From an uncultured Lewinella sp. (GTDB taxonomy: Bacteria > Bacteroidota > Bacteroidia > Chitinophagales > Saprospiraceae), in contig CALMYQ010000096.1 in NCBI GenBank assembly GCA_937873655.1, positions 26,439 through 90,438 on the forward strand: a stretch of 64,000 nt of DNA. The letters run 5' to 3'. Every line of letters starts with the position of its first letter. Position 1 is the stretch's first letter. The notes beneath the pieces were generated by a model. The model searched no databases. It was not told where the DNA came from and saw only the letters and a program-made list of their open reading frames with translations. The translations under genes were made by a program, and so were the position numbers. Positions 18,926-28,539 of this stretch are shown here, piece after piece.

Positions 18926-19075
18926 TATCCGTTAATTCCCAGGAAAAACAAAAATACAATAGCATAAGAGATGCAAAAAATGGCTATATTATTTCCTTTT
19001 TTTGCCCTTCGTACGTTGGCTTGGATAGATCTGCTATCCCAAAATTCGGGAAGATTCCTCTCACCCTCTCACTCT

Positions 19076-19891
19076 CTATTTAATCACCACCGTATCCCGC
19101 ACAACGCCCGCCGCCACAAAAAAGCCGAGTGCGCCGTTGTTGAGATTGGTCGGGATATTGGCGGGCGGCGTATCGAAAATACCGCCTTTGTACCGGGTTT
19201 CCGTCTGAACCCCCACAAAGAAATCGTAGGCCTCCTGGCTGATGTTGTATTGTTCGAAAACAAATTCGTCCTCCGGTTCGCCGCCTATGATCAGGACCTC
19301 GGCGCCGTTGATGGGACTGCCGTTCACAAATTTGTCTTCGGCGATCTCCCAGTAGGTGCGGGTCAGGTCGGTGGGTGAGTCCACCAGGAAGGCTTTCCAG
19401 AAATAGGCGTCGCCTTCGGTCGGCGGCTCCACGGTATAGAGGAGTACGGAGTATTCGGTTTCTTCGGTGTCCTCATCCTGGAAGTCGGATTTCTCGGTTT
19501 CTACCTTATCGATCGGCGCCACCTCCCGCAGGGCTGAGACGGCTTCATAGGTCTGGCCTTCCCAGTCGATGGTCAGGGTGTAGGTATGCCCGGGGATGCC
19601 TTTGACGTTATCGGCCGTCAGGTAAATCCCGGGAGAGGCTTCGGTCAGGTCAAAGGTTTCCGCGCCGTCGGTGATGCGGACCACAGCGCCCGTTACCGGT
19701 TCCGGCGGGATATTGCTGAAGTAATCGCCGGTCAGGGTCAGTTGCACCTTGTGCGCTTTGGCCTCATCGGTCAGCCAGGCGTCGACCACCAGCCGCTGGG
19801 TGTCCTCGTTGTCCAGCTTGATGTCGATGCGTTCGGTGCAGGCAGCCAGGGAAAGGGCAGCCAGGAAGAATATGAGATGTTGAAGTTTCAT
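19076..19891 (-). CDS. DUF4249 family lipoprotein (usual partner of CarboxypepD_reg-type TonB-dependent receptors)
   Basis: Lipoprotein signal MKLQHLIFFLAALSLAAC at the ATG at 19891. It lies immediately downstream of the receptor gene, and length and pattern (RLVVDAWLTD..., GHTYTLTI) fit DUF4249. Confidence 0.65.
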   Translation of the reverse strand: MKLQHLIFFLAALSLAACTERIDIKLDNEDTQRLVVDAWLTDEAKAHKVQLTLTGDYFSNIPPEPVTGAVVRITDGAETFDLTEASPGIYLTADNVKGIPGHTYTLTIDWEGQTYEAVSALREVAPIDKVETEKSDFQDEDTEETEYSVLLYTVEPPTEGDAYFWKAFLVDSPTDLTRTYWEIAEDKFVNGSPINGAEVLIIGGEPEDEFVFEQYNISQEAYDFFVGVQTETRYKGGIFDTPPANIPTNLNNGALGFFVAAGVVRDTVVIK

Positions 19892-19923
19892 GATATCTTT
19901 TTTTGAATGATCTGCCGGAGATT

Positions 19924-22257
19924 TTAAAAATGGAAATTCCACGTCACAGAAGGCAGTACCGGGAACAGATACGTTTTTTCAGCGTAGGTCTCGCCCGGTT
20001 TCTCGCTGTCTTCCTTGAAAGTGATCGTATAGGGATTGTGCCGGTTGTAGACGTTGTAGATCGAGAAATTCAGGTCCCAGAACAGTTTTCTGCCCGGCTT
20101 TTCACGGTTTTTCAGGATATAGCTGACGTCCATGCGATGGTAGTCGGGCATGCGGTAGGCATTGCGGTCCGAATACACGGGAATGACCTCGCCGTTGTAG
20201 TACAGCCTGCCGGTCGGGAAGGTCGTGGGAGCGCCGGTACCGTACACCCAGTTGAGGGAGAAAGAGCTGCGTTTGTTCAGTTCATACGTCATGACAACCG
20301 CCACGTCGTGGGTTTTGTCGTAGTCCGTGTTGTACCAGTTGCCTTTGTTGATCTCTTTGATCCTGCGTTCGGATTTGGACAGGGTATAACCGATCCAGCC
20401 GGTGAGTTTGCCCTTGTTCTTCCGGATCAGGAATTCAGCGCCGTAAGCGCGTGCTTCGCCGAAACGGAGTTCTCCTTCGAGGTATTCATTCAGGAGCAGT
20501 TCAGCGTAATCCTTGAAGTCGACCGCGTTCCGGGTCTTTTTGTAATATACCTCGATGGAGGTTTCGTACGTGTTGTTGCGGAAGTTCTGGAAATAACCCA
20601 GGGCCACCTGATCGGCGATCTGCGGCTTCACGTTGGGGGACGAAGGGAACCAGATATCCAGCGGGGAAGAGGATTGCGAGTTGGAGGCCAGTTGCATGTA
20701 CTGTACCATCCGGTTGTAGCTGGCCTTGACCGATTTGTCGTCGTCGATCTTGAGCCGCAGTCCCACCCGGGGTTCCACATTGAAATAGGAGTTGTAGACC
20801 TTTCCGGCGCCGTAGGTCGTCGAATCGGTCACCTGGTAGTTTTCGTTGTAATGGTATACGGTGGCTTTGCCCAGGTTTTGGAACAGGGAGGCCCGGATGC
20901 CGTAAGAGGCGCTCAGCGACGGACTGATCTCCTGTTCGTTCTCGATATAGACGCCGTGTTCGAGCGAGGTCGTTTCCGGGAGTTTCAGCGAGTTATAGAT
21001 CGTTTCGCTGCCGGTACCGCGTGCGTATCCCGGGGAGAAGCTGTGGCGGATGCCCTGGTAGCCGAATTTGATGCTGTTCTTCGGATTGAGGAAGTAATTG
21101 AAATCGAATTTGGCCGACAGGTCGCGGATTTTGGAATCCCATTTGAAGCCCTCCACATTGTCCTCCTGGCTGATGGCGTAGTCAAAATCGCTGTAGATGA
21201 AGGTCAGGTTGGAAAACAGCTTGTTGCTGAAGATGTGGTTCCAGCGCAGGGTGCCGGTACCGTTGCCCCACTCCACGCGCGCATTGCTGGCGCCGAACAC
21301 GTCTCTGCCGAAATAGCCCGAGAGGAACAGGCGGTCCTTCTCCGACAGCTGGTAATTGGCTTTGAGGTTGAGGTCGTAGAAATAGAGTTTCGAATCCTTA
21401 AGCGTGCTGTCGTTGTTGGCAAACAGCGGGAGGAAGGCGTCAACGTAGGTCCGCCGCCCGGAGACGATAAAGGAGCCCTTGTCCTTGACGATCGGCGCCT
21501 CCAGGGTGAGTCTGGAGGAAATGGTGCCGATACCGCCTGAGCCGCTGAATTGTTTGTTGTTGCCGTCCTTCATCCGGATATCGAGCACCGAGGAAAGGCG
21601 GCCGCCGTAGCTGGCCGGGATCCCGCCCTTGTACAGCTGTACGTCCTTGATGGCGTCAGCGTTGAATACCGAAAAGAAGCCGAGCAGGTGGGACGCATTG
21701 TACACCGGCGCTTCGTCGAGCAGCAGGATGTTCTGGTCGCTGCCGCCGCCGCGGACAAAAAAGCCGGATTGCCCCTCTCCTACCGTCTGCACGCCGGGCA
21801 GCAGCTGGATGGCCTTGATCAGGTCGACCTCGCCGAAAACGACGGGGATGGTCCTGATCTTTTCAATGGAGAGTTTTTCCTTGCTCATGGCCACCGATTC
21901 CACGTTCCGGTCTTCCCGTTCGGCGGTGACCACCACCTCATCGACGGAAATGGGCGCTTCGCCGATCTCGACATTGAGGGTCCTGTTTTCCGTCAGGTTG
22001 ACGTCCAGCATCCTGGAGGAGTAACCGATGTACGAAAATTCGAGCCGGTAACGGCCGGCGGGTAAGGTAAGCGAATAAAAACCGTAGAGGTTGGTGACTG
22101 CGCCGGCGCCGCTGACCGGTTCGAAAATGTTGGCGCCGATCAGTTCTTCGCCGGAACCGGCGTCGCTTACGTGGCCGCTGAGGGTGAATTTGGTTTCCTG
22201 GCCCCACGCCGCTTGCAGCCCTGCAGCGAGGAGGATCAATAGAGTTAGTAGACGCAT
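19924..22257 (-). CDS. TonB-dependent receptor with an N-terminal carboxypeptidase-regulatory-like domain
   Basis: Signal peptide, FTLSGHVSDAGSGEELIGANI (CarboxypepD_reg-like), plug domain (IRTIPVVFGEVDLIKAIQLLPGVQ), and a long beta-barrel ending ...LPSVTWNFHF (terminal aromatic residue). Confidence 0.9.
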   Translation of the reverse strand: MRLLTLLILLAAGLQAAWGQETKFTLSGHVSDAGSGEELIGANIFEPVSGAGAVTNLYGFYSLTLPAGRYRLEFSYIGYSSRMLDVNLTENRTLNVEIGEAPISVDEVVVTAEREDRNVESVAMSKEKLSIEKIRTIPVVFGEVDLIKAIQLLPGVQTVGEGQSGFFVRGGGSDQNILLLDEAPVYNASHLLGFFSVFNADAIKDVQLYKGGIPASYGGRLSSVLDIRMKDGNNKQFSGSGGIGTISSRLTLEAPIVKDKGSFIVSGRRTYVDAFLPLFANNDSTLKDSKLYFYDLNLKANYQLSEKDRLFLSGYFGRDVFGASNARVEWGNGTGTLRWNHIFSNKLFSNLTFIYSDFDYAISQEDNVEGFKWDSKIRDLSAKFDFNYFLNPKNSIKFGYQGIRHSFSPGYARGTGSETIYNSLKLPETTSLEHGVYIENEQEISPSLSASYGIRASLFQNLGKATVYHYNENYQVTDSTTYGAGKVYNSYFNVEPRVGLRLKIDDDKSVKASYNRMVQYMQLASNSQSSSPLDIWFPSSPNVKPQIADQVALGYFQNFRNNTYETSIEVYYKKTRNAVDFKDYAELLLNEYLEGELRFGEARAYGAEFLIRKNKGKLTGWIGYTLSKSERRIKEINKGNWYNTDYDKTHDVAVVMTYELNKRSSFSLNWVYGTGAPTTFPTGRLYYNGEVIPVYSDRNAYRMPDYHRMDVSYILKNREKPGRKLFWDLNFSIYNVYNRHNPYTITFKEDSEKPGETYAEKTYLFPVLPSVTWNFHF

Positions 22258-22602
22258 AATTTGACTTTCGGGTGATTAAGAAAACAACTTACAGATTGCA
22301 TGGAACAGCTTATACCCCTATCCGGGTTTCGTCTTTTAACCAAATATCGGATCAACATCCGGTTTTTGGAGACGAATACCCGGTATGGGGCAGCAAAACC
22401 GTCAACTGCTGCAAATGTAGGGGGGATAAACACAGTCGACCTATCCCATTGATAGGACGGAAAGATCTATTGAGTTAACGGTCATTCCCTGTTTTTTTCA
22501 CCTTTTGAAAAGCAAAAACGCGACAAAAAGTACTACACAGTTTTTTATTAAAAGAGAATGAACATAAGTCGATCCATGAGATTTGTATTTCCTATATTTT
22601 TA

Positions 22603-22811
22603 CCACAAAAGTCACAAAAGAAAACAAAAGCGATTGGTCCTGAATCCCGGCGGGATTCAGGACCAATTTAAACTTTTGTGGCCTTTTGTTTCTTTTGTGG
22701 TTTACAATAAAATCAATGGTACTCAGGATGTTCGTGCTTCTCGGTTGTTTTCCTGAAATTCCCTTGGGAAAGGCAAACAAAAAATGGCCATATTCCTACC
22801 TTTTTTATTGC
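22603..22811. repeat. MITE-like ~210-bp element, copy A: 98-bp palindromic core plus 111-bp tail
   Basis: The core CCACAAAAGTCACAAAAGAAAACAAAAGCGATTGGTCCTGAATCCCG/CGGGATTCAGGACCAAT...CTTTTGTTTCTTTTGTGG (22603-22700) folds on itself. The tail 22701-22811 matches the reverse complement of 36904-37014, roughly three-quarters identical by eye. Confidence 0.8.
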
Positions 22812-22966
22812 TATTTGTCTGGCGGCCTGGATCAATGGACTACCTAAAATCAGAAATGGCACATGTTAAAAAGCAAATAAAATGTATTGTTTCCGGATGC
22901 ATTTCGCCACAATATATTCACTCAAACAAGATCCAGTTGCTCCTACCTCTCCAACATTTTCTTTTC

Positions 22967-24115
22967 TCACTCACTAATCAGACTAAAAGCCCCGACCGTC
23001 AGAAATTCATCGTCAGGCCCGAAAGCAGCCGCATTCAGGATCTCCGCGAAGCCGTTTTCCATGCGGCCGACCTGCACCTCCTTTTTTTCGAAAGCAAGAT
23101 CATCGCCTGCCGAAGTCTTTTTCCGCAATACGTAGTATTTGTCCTCAATGCTGACGACCGACTCCTGCGGCAGCGCTTTTGCCGTTTTCCCATCTACCAC
23201 AATTTCAGCTTCAATGTACATACCCGGGGGGAACAGGGACGATTGGCTTTCGTCCGCCAGGTGGCCGTGGATATTTACGATCCGTGTAGCGGGGTCGACC
23301 GTTCTGCCGACAAGGTGCACGGAGGCTTCGTACAATTTGCCGCCGGATTCCACAGAATTGAACCGGATAAGCTGGCCTTCCTTCACCAGTTGGATGTCTT
23401 TTTCGAACACATTCAGCTCCAGGTGTACATGGTCCACATTGGTGATGGTCACGGCTACATCCGATGGGTTGAGGAACATGCCTTTGTTGGCATTCACCCC
23501 GGTAATGTACCCGCTGATGGGTGCTACGATGTTGATGGTGGACCGGAGATTCCCTTCAGACACCTGGCCGGGATCGATGTTCATCAAAGACAGTTTTTTC
23601 TTCAGCGATTCGAAACGGGCCATTGTGACGTTGTATTCAGATTCGGCCTTCAGGAAATTCTTTTGGGAGGTCACGTTGTCTTCGGCCAGCGTTTTCTGCC
23701 GCTCATAGTCCGCCTTGAGGTAGGACAGTTGCCCTTTGGCTTCGAGGTAATCCTGTTGCATGCCGACATAGTCCGGGTTCTCCAATGTGAACAGCAGCTG
23801 CCCTTTGGCCACCTTTTCCCCGGGCAACAGGCGGATATCCTTGACGTATCCGGCGAAATAAGCGCTGACGGAGGCCTGGTTCTCAGGCGGCACATCGATC
23901 ATGCCGTTGGCTTTTATCGCCTTGGAAAAAACCTGATCGGCCATTTGCCCGGTTTGCATCCCCGAGGATTCGAACTGGGCCGGAGACAAGGTGATCAGGT
24001 CTTCCGCGTCCGTTGCCGCTGCGCCGTCGGTTTCCGGCATGGTTTCCGGTTTTTTCTCCGAACAGGCCGGCAGGATCAGGACTAAAACAGCTATCAGAAG
24101 GTGGTATTTTATCAT
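22967..24115 (-). CDS. Efflux RND transporter periplasmic adaptor subunit (HlyD/CzcB-like)
   Basis: Lipoprotein-like signal (LILPACSEKK), biotinyl-lipoyl-like hairpin motifs (GYVKDIRLLPGEKVAKGQLLFTLE ... ISGYITGVNANKGMFL), and a coiled coil. It starts 18 nt downstream of the RND pump gene. Confidence 0.9.
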   Translation of the reverse strand: MIKYHLLIAVLVLILPACSEKKPETMPETDGAAATDAEDLITLSPAQFESSGMQTGQMADQVFSKAIKANGMIDVPPENQASVSAYFAGYVKDIRLLPGEKVAKGQLLFTLENPDYVGMQQDYLEAKGQLSYLKADYERQKTLAEDNVTSQKNFLKAESEYNVTMARFESLKKKLSLMNIDPGQVSEGNLRSTINIVAPISGYITGVNANKGMFLNPSDVAVTITNVDHVHLELNVFEKDIQLVKEGQLIRFNSVESGGKLYEASVHLVGRTVDPATRIVNIHGHLADESQSSLFPPGMYIEAEIVVDGKTAKALPQESVVSIEDKYYVLRKKTSAGDDLAFEKKEVQVGRMENGFAEILNAAAFGPDDEFLTVGAFSLISE

Positions 24116-24132
24116 GGCAGTTTCATGCTGAT

Positions 24133-27100
24133 TTAATTCAGAATAAATTCGGCTTCCAGCACAGCCCGGTTGTAGGCGTGCAGGTTGTCCAGATAATTCA
24201 TTTCAATGGTCTTTGCATTTTCCAGCAATTGGGTGTATTGAAAGAAGTCGATCTCGCCGTTTTGGTAGGCCTTTACCGCATTTGCAACCAGCCCGTCGGC
24301 CAGGTTTTTCCCGTTTTCGGCATAGAAGGCCAGTGCTTTTTCCAGCCGGTTGATCTCTGCCGTCAAAGCCCGGTAGCGGCTCATCAGCTGATTGCGGTAA
24401 TCATCGGCTTCGTGGCCGAGCGCCAGCACCTCCGTTTCGGCGGCGCTGATCCTGGCCTTCTGGGCGCCGAACATCAGCGGGACGGAGATCCCGGCCTGAA
24501 ACCCGGCGTACCCTTTGGCGTCGGGTCCGTTGTTGCTGCCCCTGAACAAGGTGAGGTGCAGGTCGGGCAGCAGTTTCTTTTTTTCCAGAGCGAGCGCGTT
24601 TTTGCCTGATTCGACGGCGACCTGATAATACCGGACCCCCGGGTTGGCAATGGTGTCAATTGCCGTCATTATCAGTTTTTGCATGGGTGCGTACGGAATT
24701 TCATATATCGAATCCGATTGCAGCCACTGATTGAGCGCGGCGTAAGCGTTGGCGATCTGATCCCGGGTTTGTTCCAGGCCCAGGCCGATCTCTTTTTGTT
24801 TGGTCTCAGCGGTCAATTGTTCGAGGTAGTTGGTTTCACCCACTTCGAACCTTTTGGCGGCCGCCGCTGCAAACCGGGTATAAATGCTGTCCAGATACTG
24901 ATAATGGCGTTGCACGTTCTGCCAGTAATTTATTTCATACCAGGCGCCGGTGATCTCTTTTTTCAGCCGGCGCTCCTGCACGCCGCGTTGCGCGTCCAAT
25001 AAAGCTACCTGGTCCCGGTTGACCTGCTTCTGGGCGCCGTAAACCGAGGGGAAGCGGATCGACTGGCTGAGCCCCCAGACCTTGAGCGGCAATCCGTTTT
25101 CGGCAATATTGTTCTGATCGTAATGGAAGTAGACCTGGGTTTTATCCGGATCAAAGGCCGTGTTCACCAATTGCTGCGCCTGATCGATCCGGGCGGATGC
25201 GGCTTTCAGGCCGGCGTTGCGCCGCAGGCCGATCTCAATGGCCCGCTCCAGGGTAACAGGCCCGCCTTGGGCGCCGGCCATCGCAGGTATCAGGAATAAT
25301 GGCAGCAACAGGTGCATGCCTGCTTTCCGTTTCTTCCTGGGGTGATGCCCTTTGCGATCGAAAATAGCGTACAGCACCGGAAGGATCAGCAAGGTCAGGG
25401 CCGTAGCCGTGATCAACCCGCCGACGACAACCGTTGCCAGGGGGCGCTGCACTTCCGCGCCGGCCGATGTGGATACCGCCATGGGCAGGAAGCCCAACGC
25501 AGCGGCAGCGGCTGTGAGCAGGACCGGCCGCAGACGCTGCTGGGTCCCCATGATGATCCGTTTGTTGATGTTGGTGACGCCGTGGGCCTTGAGCTCCTTG
25601 AAATGTTCGATCAATACGATGCCGTTGAGCACTGCAATGCCGAACAGGGCGATAAACCCGACCCCGGCGGAAATGCTGAACGGCAGCCCCCGCAAATAAA
25701 GCAACAATACGCCGCCGACCGAGGCCAGCGGAATGGCGCTGTAGATCATCAGCGCTTCCTTGACCGAGTTAAAAGCGAAATAGAGCAATACAAAGATCAA
25801 CACCAGTGCGATGGGCACGGCTACCATCAGCCTGGCACGAGCGCTGCGGAGGTTCTCGAACTGACCGCCGTAGGAAATGGTATAGCCTACCGGCAGTTTG
25901 ATCTGCTCATTGATGATGCGCTGTACGTCCTTGACCACCGACTCAAGGTCGCGGTTCCGCACGTTCACGCCCACAACTATGCGCCGCTTGGTATTGTCGC
26001 GCGAGATCTTGGCGGGGCCTTTGGTATAGGTGATATCGGCAAACTCGCTGAGGGGCAGCTGGCTCCCGTCGGGCAGGATAACGGACGCCGTTTCGATGTT
26101 CTCGATATCCTTCCGGTGCTCTTCGTCGAAGCGGATCACCAGGTCAAACTGCTTCTCGCCTTCGAAGACGGTACCTGCGGGCAACCCCGCAAATCCCATG
26201 CTGATCACCTTGTTGAGGTCGTCGATGTTGAGACCGTATTTGGCGATCTTTCTGCGATCATAGGCCACACTCATCTGCGGCAGACCAGCCACCTTTTCCA
26301 CCGTGATATCGGAAGCGCCGTCGACATCCTGTATGGCTTTTTCCACTTCCAGGGCCTTTTTGTACAGGACATCCAGGTCGTCGCCGAAGATCTTGACGGC
26401 CAGGTCGGCTCTCACGCCGGTAATGAGCTCGTTGAACCGCATTTCGATGGGTTGTGTGAATTCATAATCGATGCCGGGCATGATGGAAAGCGCTTCCTTG
26501 AACTTATCGGCCAGTTCATCCTTGGTCACCGCCGATACCCACTGTTTGATGGGCTTCAGTTTGATGATCACGTCGCTTTCCTCCATCGACATCGGGTCGG
26601 TCGGGACTTCAGCGGCGCCGATCCGGCTCACGACCTGCTCCACCTCCGGAAAGCCCTTCAGGATCTGTTCCATCCGGGTGGTGAGTTCGATGGTCTTGCT
26701 CAGGGAAGTGCCCGTTTTCAATACCGGCTGGATGACAAAATCGCCTTCGTCGAGGGTCGGCACAAATTCGCCGCCCATCCGGGAAAACAACCAGGCGACG
26801 GCTGCCAGCATGGCTACGCCCAGTGCCAGCACCAGCGGCTTGAACCGCAGCGCCCAGCTGATGGTGGGGCGGTACGCCCGCTCAAGGAACCGGATGAGCA
26901 TGGAAGAAATGGTCCTTTTGTCAGGGTCCGACGGCTTCAGGAACATGGAAGCGATCACCGGGATATAGGTAAAACACAGGATCATGGCCCCGATGAGCGC
27001 AAAACAAAAGACCAGCGCCATCGGCTTGAACATCTTGCCCTCCACGTTGGCCAGCGAAAGAATCGGGATGAATACGATGATAATGATCAACTGGCCGAAA

Positions 27101-28461
27101 ACCGCCGACCGCATCATTTTGGTGGCGCCGTCGTAGGTGATATCGTCTATGTGCTTTTGCTTTTGTTCCCGGTCCAGTTTCAGCAGGCGCCCGCCTTCGG
27201 CCGTTATGCGGAAGGCGATGAACTCGACGATGATGACGGCTCCGTCGATGATGATGCCGAAGTCGATGGCGCCCAGGCTCATCAGGTTGGCGTCGACGCC
27301 GAAAACGTACATCAATGACAACGCGAACAGGAGGGACAGGGGAATAACAGATGCCACAACGAGCCCCGACCGCAAATTGCCGAGCAGCAGGACCACTACA
27401 AAGATGACGATCAGGCACCCCAGGATCAGGTTTTCGGCTATGGTGAAGGTCGTTTTGCCGATCAGTTCGCTCCTTTCCAGGAAGGCGTTGATCCGGATCC
27501 CTTCCGGCAGGGACCGGCTGATCTCATCGACCCGCGCCTTGACCCGGTCAATCACGGCCTTTGAATCGGCATCCTTCAGCATCATCACCTGACCGAGCAC
27601 TTTTTCCCCTTCGCCGTTGCCGGTGATGGCGCCGAACCGGGTAGCGTGGCCGTATCCGACCTTCCCCACATCACGGATATAAACCGGGACGCCGTCCCGA
27701 TTGGCTACCACTATATTTTCGATGTCCTCAATGGAGGAAACCAGGCCGTCGCTGCGGATGAAGTAGCTCTCCTGCACCTTTTCGATGTACCCCCCGCCCG
27801 CAACGTTGTTGTTTTTTTCAAGCGCCGCATAAACATTTGAAACGGAAATGTTCATCGCCCTCAGCTGACCGGGATTGACGGCCACTTCGTACTGCTTCAG
27901 GTAACCGCCCCAGGTGTTCACCTCCACCACGCCCGGTATGCCCGATAACTGCCGCCGGACGATCCAGTCCTGGATGGTCCTCAGGTCGGTGATGGTGTAT
28001 TTATCCTTGTGTTCCTCATCCACGTCGATGATGTACTGGTAGATCTCCCCAAGGCCTGTCGATACCGGCCCCATGAACGGCGTACCGAATCCCGCAGGTA
28101 TTTTTTCCTGGGCGCTTTTGATCTTTTCCGCGATGAGCTGCCGCGGCAGATAGGTGCCCAGGTTATCCTCAAAAACGATGGTGACGACGGAAAGGCCGAA
28201 TTTGGAAATGGACCGGATCTCCCTGACCCCGGGCAGGTTGGCCATTTCAAGTTCAACCGGATAGGTCAGGAATTTCTCGACGTCCTGGGTAGCCAGGTTT
28301 CTGGAAGTGGTGATCACTTGCACCTGGTTGTTGGTCACGTCCGGCACTGCGCCGATCGGGATATGCGTCAGGGCAAACACGCCGAACCCGGCGATGCCGG
28401 CGGTGAACAACAAAACAATGAGTTTGTGACGAACGCTGTACTGTATGATTCTCTCTAGCAT
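24133..28461 (-). CDS. CusA/CzcA-type heavy-metal RND efflux pump fused in frame to a TolC-like outer membrane factor
   Basis: Residues 1-1048 are a 12-TM RND permease (MLERIIQYSVRHKLIVLLF..., typical CzcA N-terminus). At codon 1049 (nt 25317) a signal-peptide-like MHLLLPLFLIPAMAGAQG begins a ~394-aa TolC/OEP-like region (LERAIEIGLRRNAGLKAASARIDQAQ..., two alpha-helical repeats). No stop lies between the parts. Confidence 0.85.
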   Translation of the reverse strand: MLERIIQYSVRHKLIVLLFTAGIAGFGVFALTHIPIGAVPDVTNNQVQVITTSRNLATQDVEKFLTYPVELEMANLPGVREIRSISKFGLSVVTIVFEDNLGTYLPRQLIAEKIKSAQEKIPAGFGTPFMGPVSTGLGEIYQYIIDVDEEHKDKYTITDLRTIQDWIVRRQLSGIPGVVEVNTWGGYLKQYEVAVNPGQLRAMNISVSNVYAALEKNNNVAGGGYIEKVQESYFIRSDGLVSSIEDIENIVVANRDGVPVYIRDVGKVGYGHATRFGAITGNGEGEKVLGQVMMLKDADSKAVIDRVKARVDEISRSLPEGIRINAFLERSELIGKTTFTIAENLILGCLIVIFVVVLLLGNLRSGLVVASVIPLSLLFALSLMYVFGVDANLMSLGAIDFGIIIDGAVIIVEFIAFRITAEGGRLLKLDREQKQKHIDDITYDGATKMMRSAVFGQLIIIIVFIPILSLANVEGKMFKPMALVFCFALIGAMILCFTYIPVIASMFLKPSDPDKRTISSMLIRFLERAYRPTISWALRFKPLVLALGVAMLAAVAWLFSRMGGEFVPTLDEGDFVIQPVLKTGTSLSKTIELTTRMEQILKGFPEVEQVVSRIGAAEVPTDPMSMEESDVIIKLKPIKQWVSAVTKDELADKFKEALSIMPGIDYEFTQPIEMRFNELITGVRADLAVKIFGDDLDVLYKKALEVEKAIQDVDGASDITVEKVAGLPQMSVAYDRRKIAKYGLNIDDLNKVISMGFAGLPAGTVFEGEKQFDLVIRFDEEHRKDIENIETASVILPDGSQLPLSEFADITYTKGPAKISRDNTKRRIVVGVNVRNRDLESVVKDVQRIINEQIKLPVGYTISYGGQFENLRSARARLMVAVPIALVLIFVLLYFAFNSVKEALMIYSAIPLASVGGVLLLYLRGLPFSISAGVGFIALFGIAVLNGIVLIEHFKELKAHGVTNINKRIIMGTQQRLRPVLLTAAAAALGFLPMAVSTSAGAEVQRPLATVVVGGLITATALTLLILPVLYAIFDRKGHHPRKKRKAGMHLLLPLFLIPAMAGAQGGPVTLERAIEIGLRRNAGLKAASARIDQAQQLVNTAFDPDKTQVYFHYDQNNIAENGLPLKVWGLSQSIRFPSVYGAQKQVNRDQVALLDAQRGVQERRLKKEITGAWYEINYWQNVQRHYQYLDSIYTRFAAAAAKRFEVGETNYLEQLTAETKQKEIGLGLEQTRDQIANAYAALNQWLQSDSIYEIPYAPMQKLIMTAIDTIANPGVRYYQVAVESGKNALALEKKKLLPDLHLTLFRGSNNGPDAKGYAGFQAGISVPLMFGAQKARISAAETEVLALGHEADDYRNQLMSRYRALTAEINRLEKALAFYAENGKNLADGLVANAVKAYQNGEIDFFQYTQLLENAKTIEMNYLDNLHAYNRAVLEAEFILN

Positions 28462-28520
28462 ATGCAGATGGTAAGAGCCGCAAAGGTCGGGGCTCTTCCT
28501 AAAGCCCGTCTGAAGCCTTT

Positions 28521-28539
28521 CTTAAGATTCGCTTAAAAT
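28521..28539 (-). promoter_or_regulatory. CTTAAG direct-repeat box upstream of the RND pump gene (candidate OmpR-family response-regulator site)
   Basis: Plus strand CTTAAGATTCGCTTAAAAT, with half-sites 11 bp apart, 59 nt upstream of the ATG at 28461. It is 17/19 identical to the box at 30648-30666 and overlaps the sensor kinase stop codon. Confidence 0.4.

Noticed and set aside
19903-21540. Long antisense ORFs opposite well-supported genes. Examples: 19903-21540(+), 22784-24085(+), 25312-27318(+), 3792-5153(+), 6344-7891(-), 39953-40882(-), 46284-47546(+), 55312-56910(-), 57914-59116(-), 61617-63200(-), 63495-63908(-).
   Set aside because: Their translations are Arg/Gly/Pro/Ala-rich low-complexity strings with no recognisable motifs. 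The opposite strand in each case encodes a protein with clear family signatures. This shadow-ORF behaviour is typical of GC-rich DNA.
22258-22600. A possible riboswitch or leader in the 340-bp region upstream of the TonB-dependent receptor gene.
   Set aside because: I looked for a cobalamin B12-box (GCCACTG-like) and TPP (CTGAGA...) core motifs on the minus strand and did not find them. I saw no convincing conserved structure by eye.
22592-22780. A small ORF conserved between the two MITE-like copies: 22592-22780(-), MFAFPKGISGKQPRSTNIL...FVTFVVK, versus 36935-37213(+), MLAFPEGESGKQPKSTNIP...FVSFVVK.
   Set aside because: The peptide similarity is no greater than expected from the DNA similarity of the two copies. 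Half of it is read from the palindromic CCACAAAAG core, and I saw no family resemblance. I cannot exclude a real micro-ORF without dN/dS across many copies.
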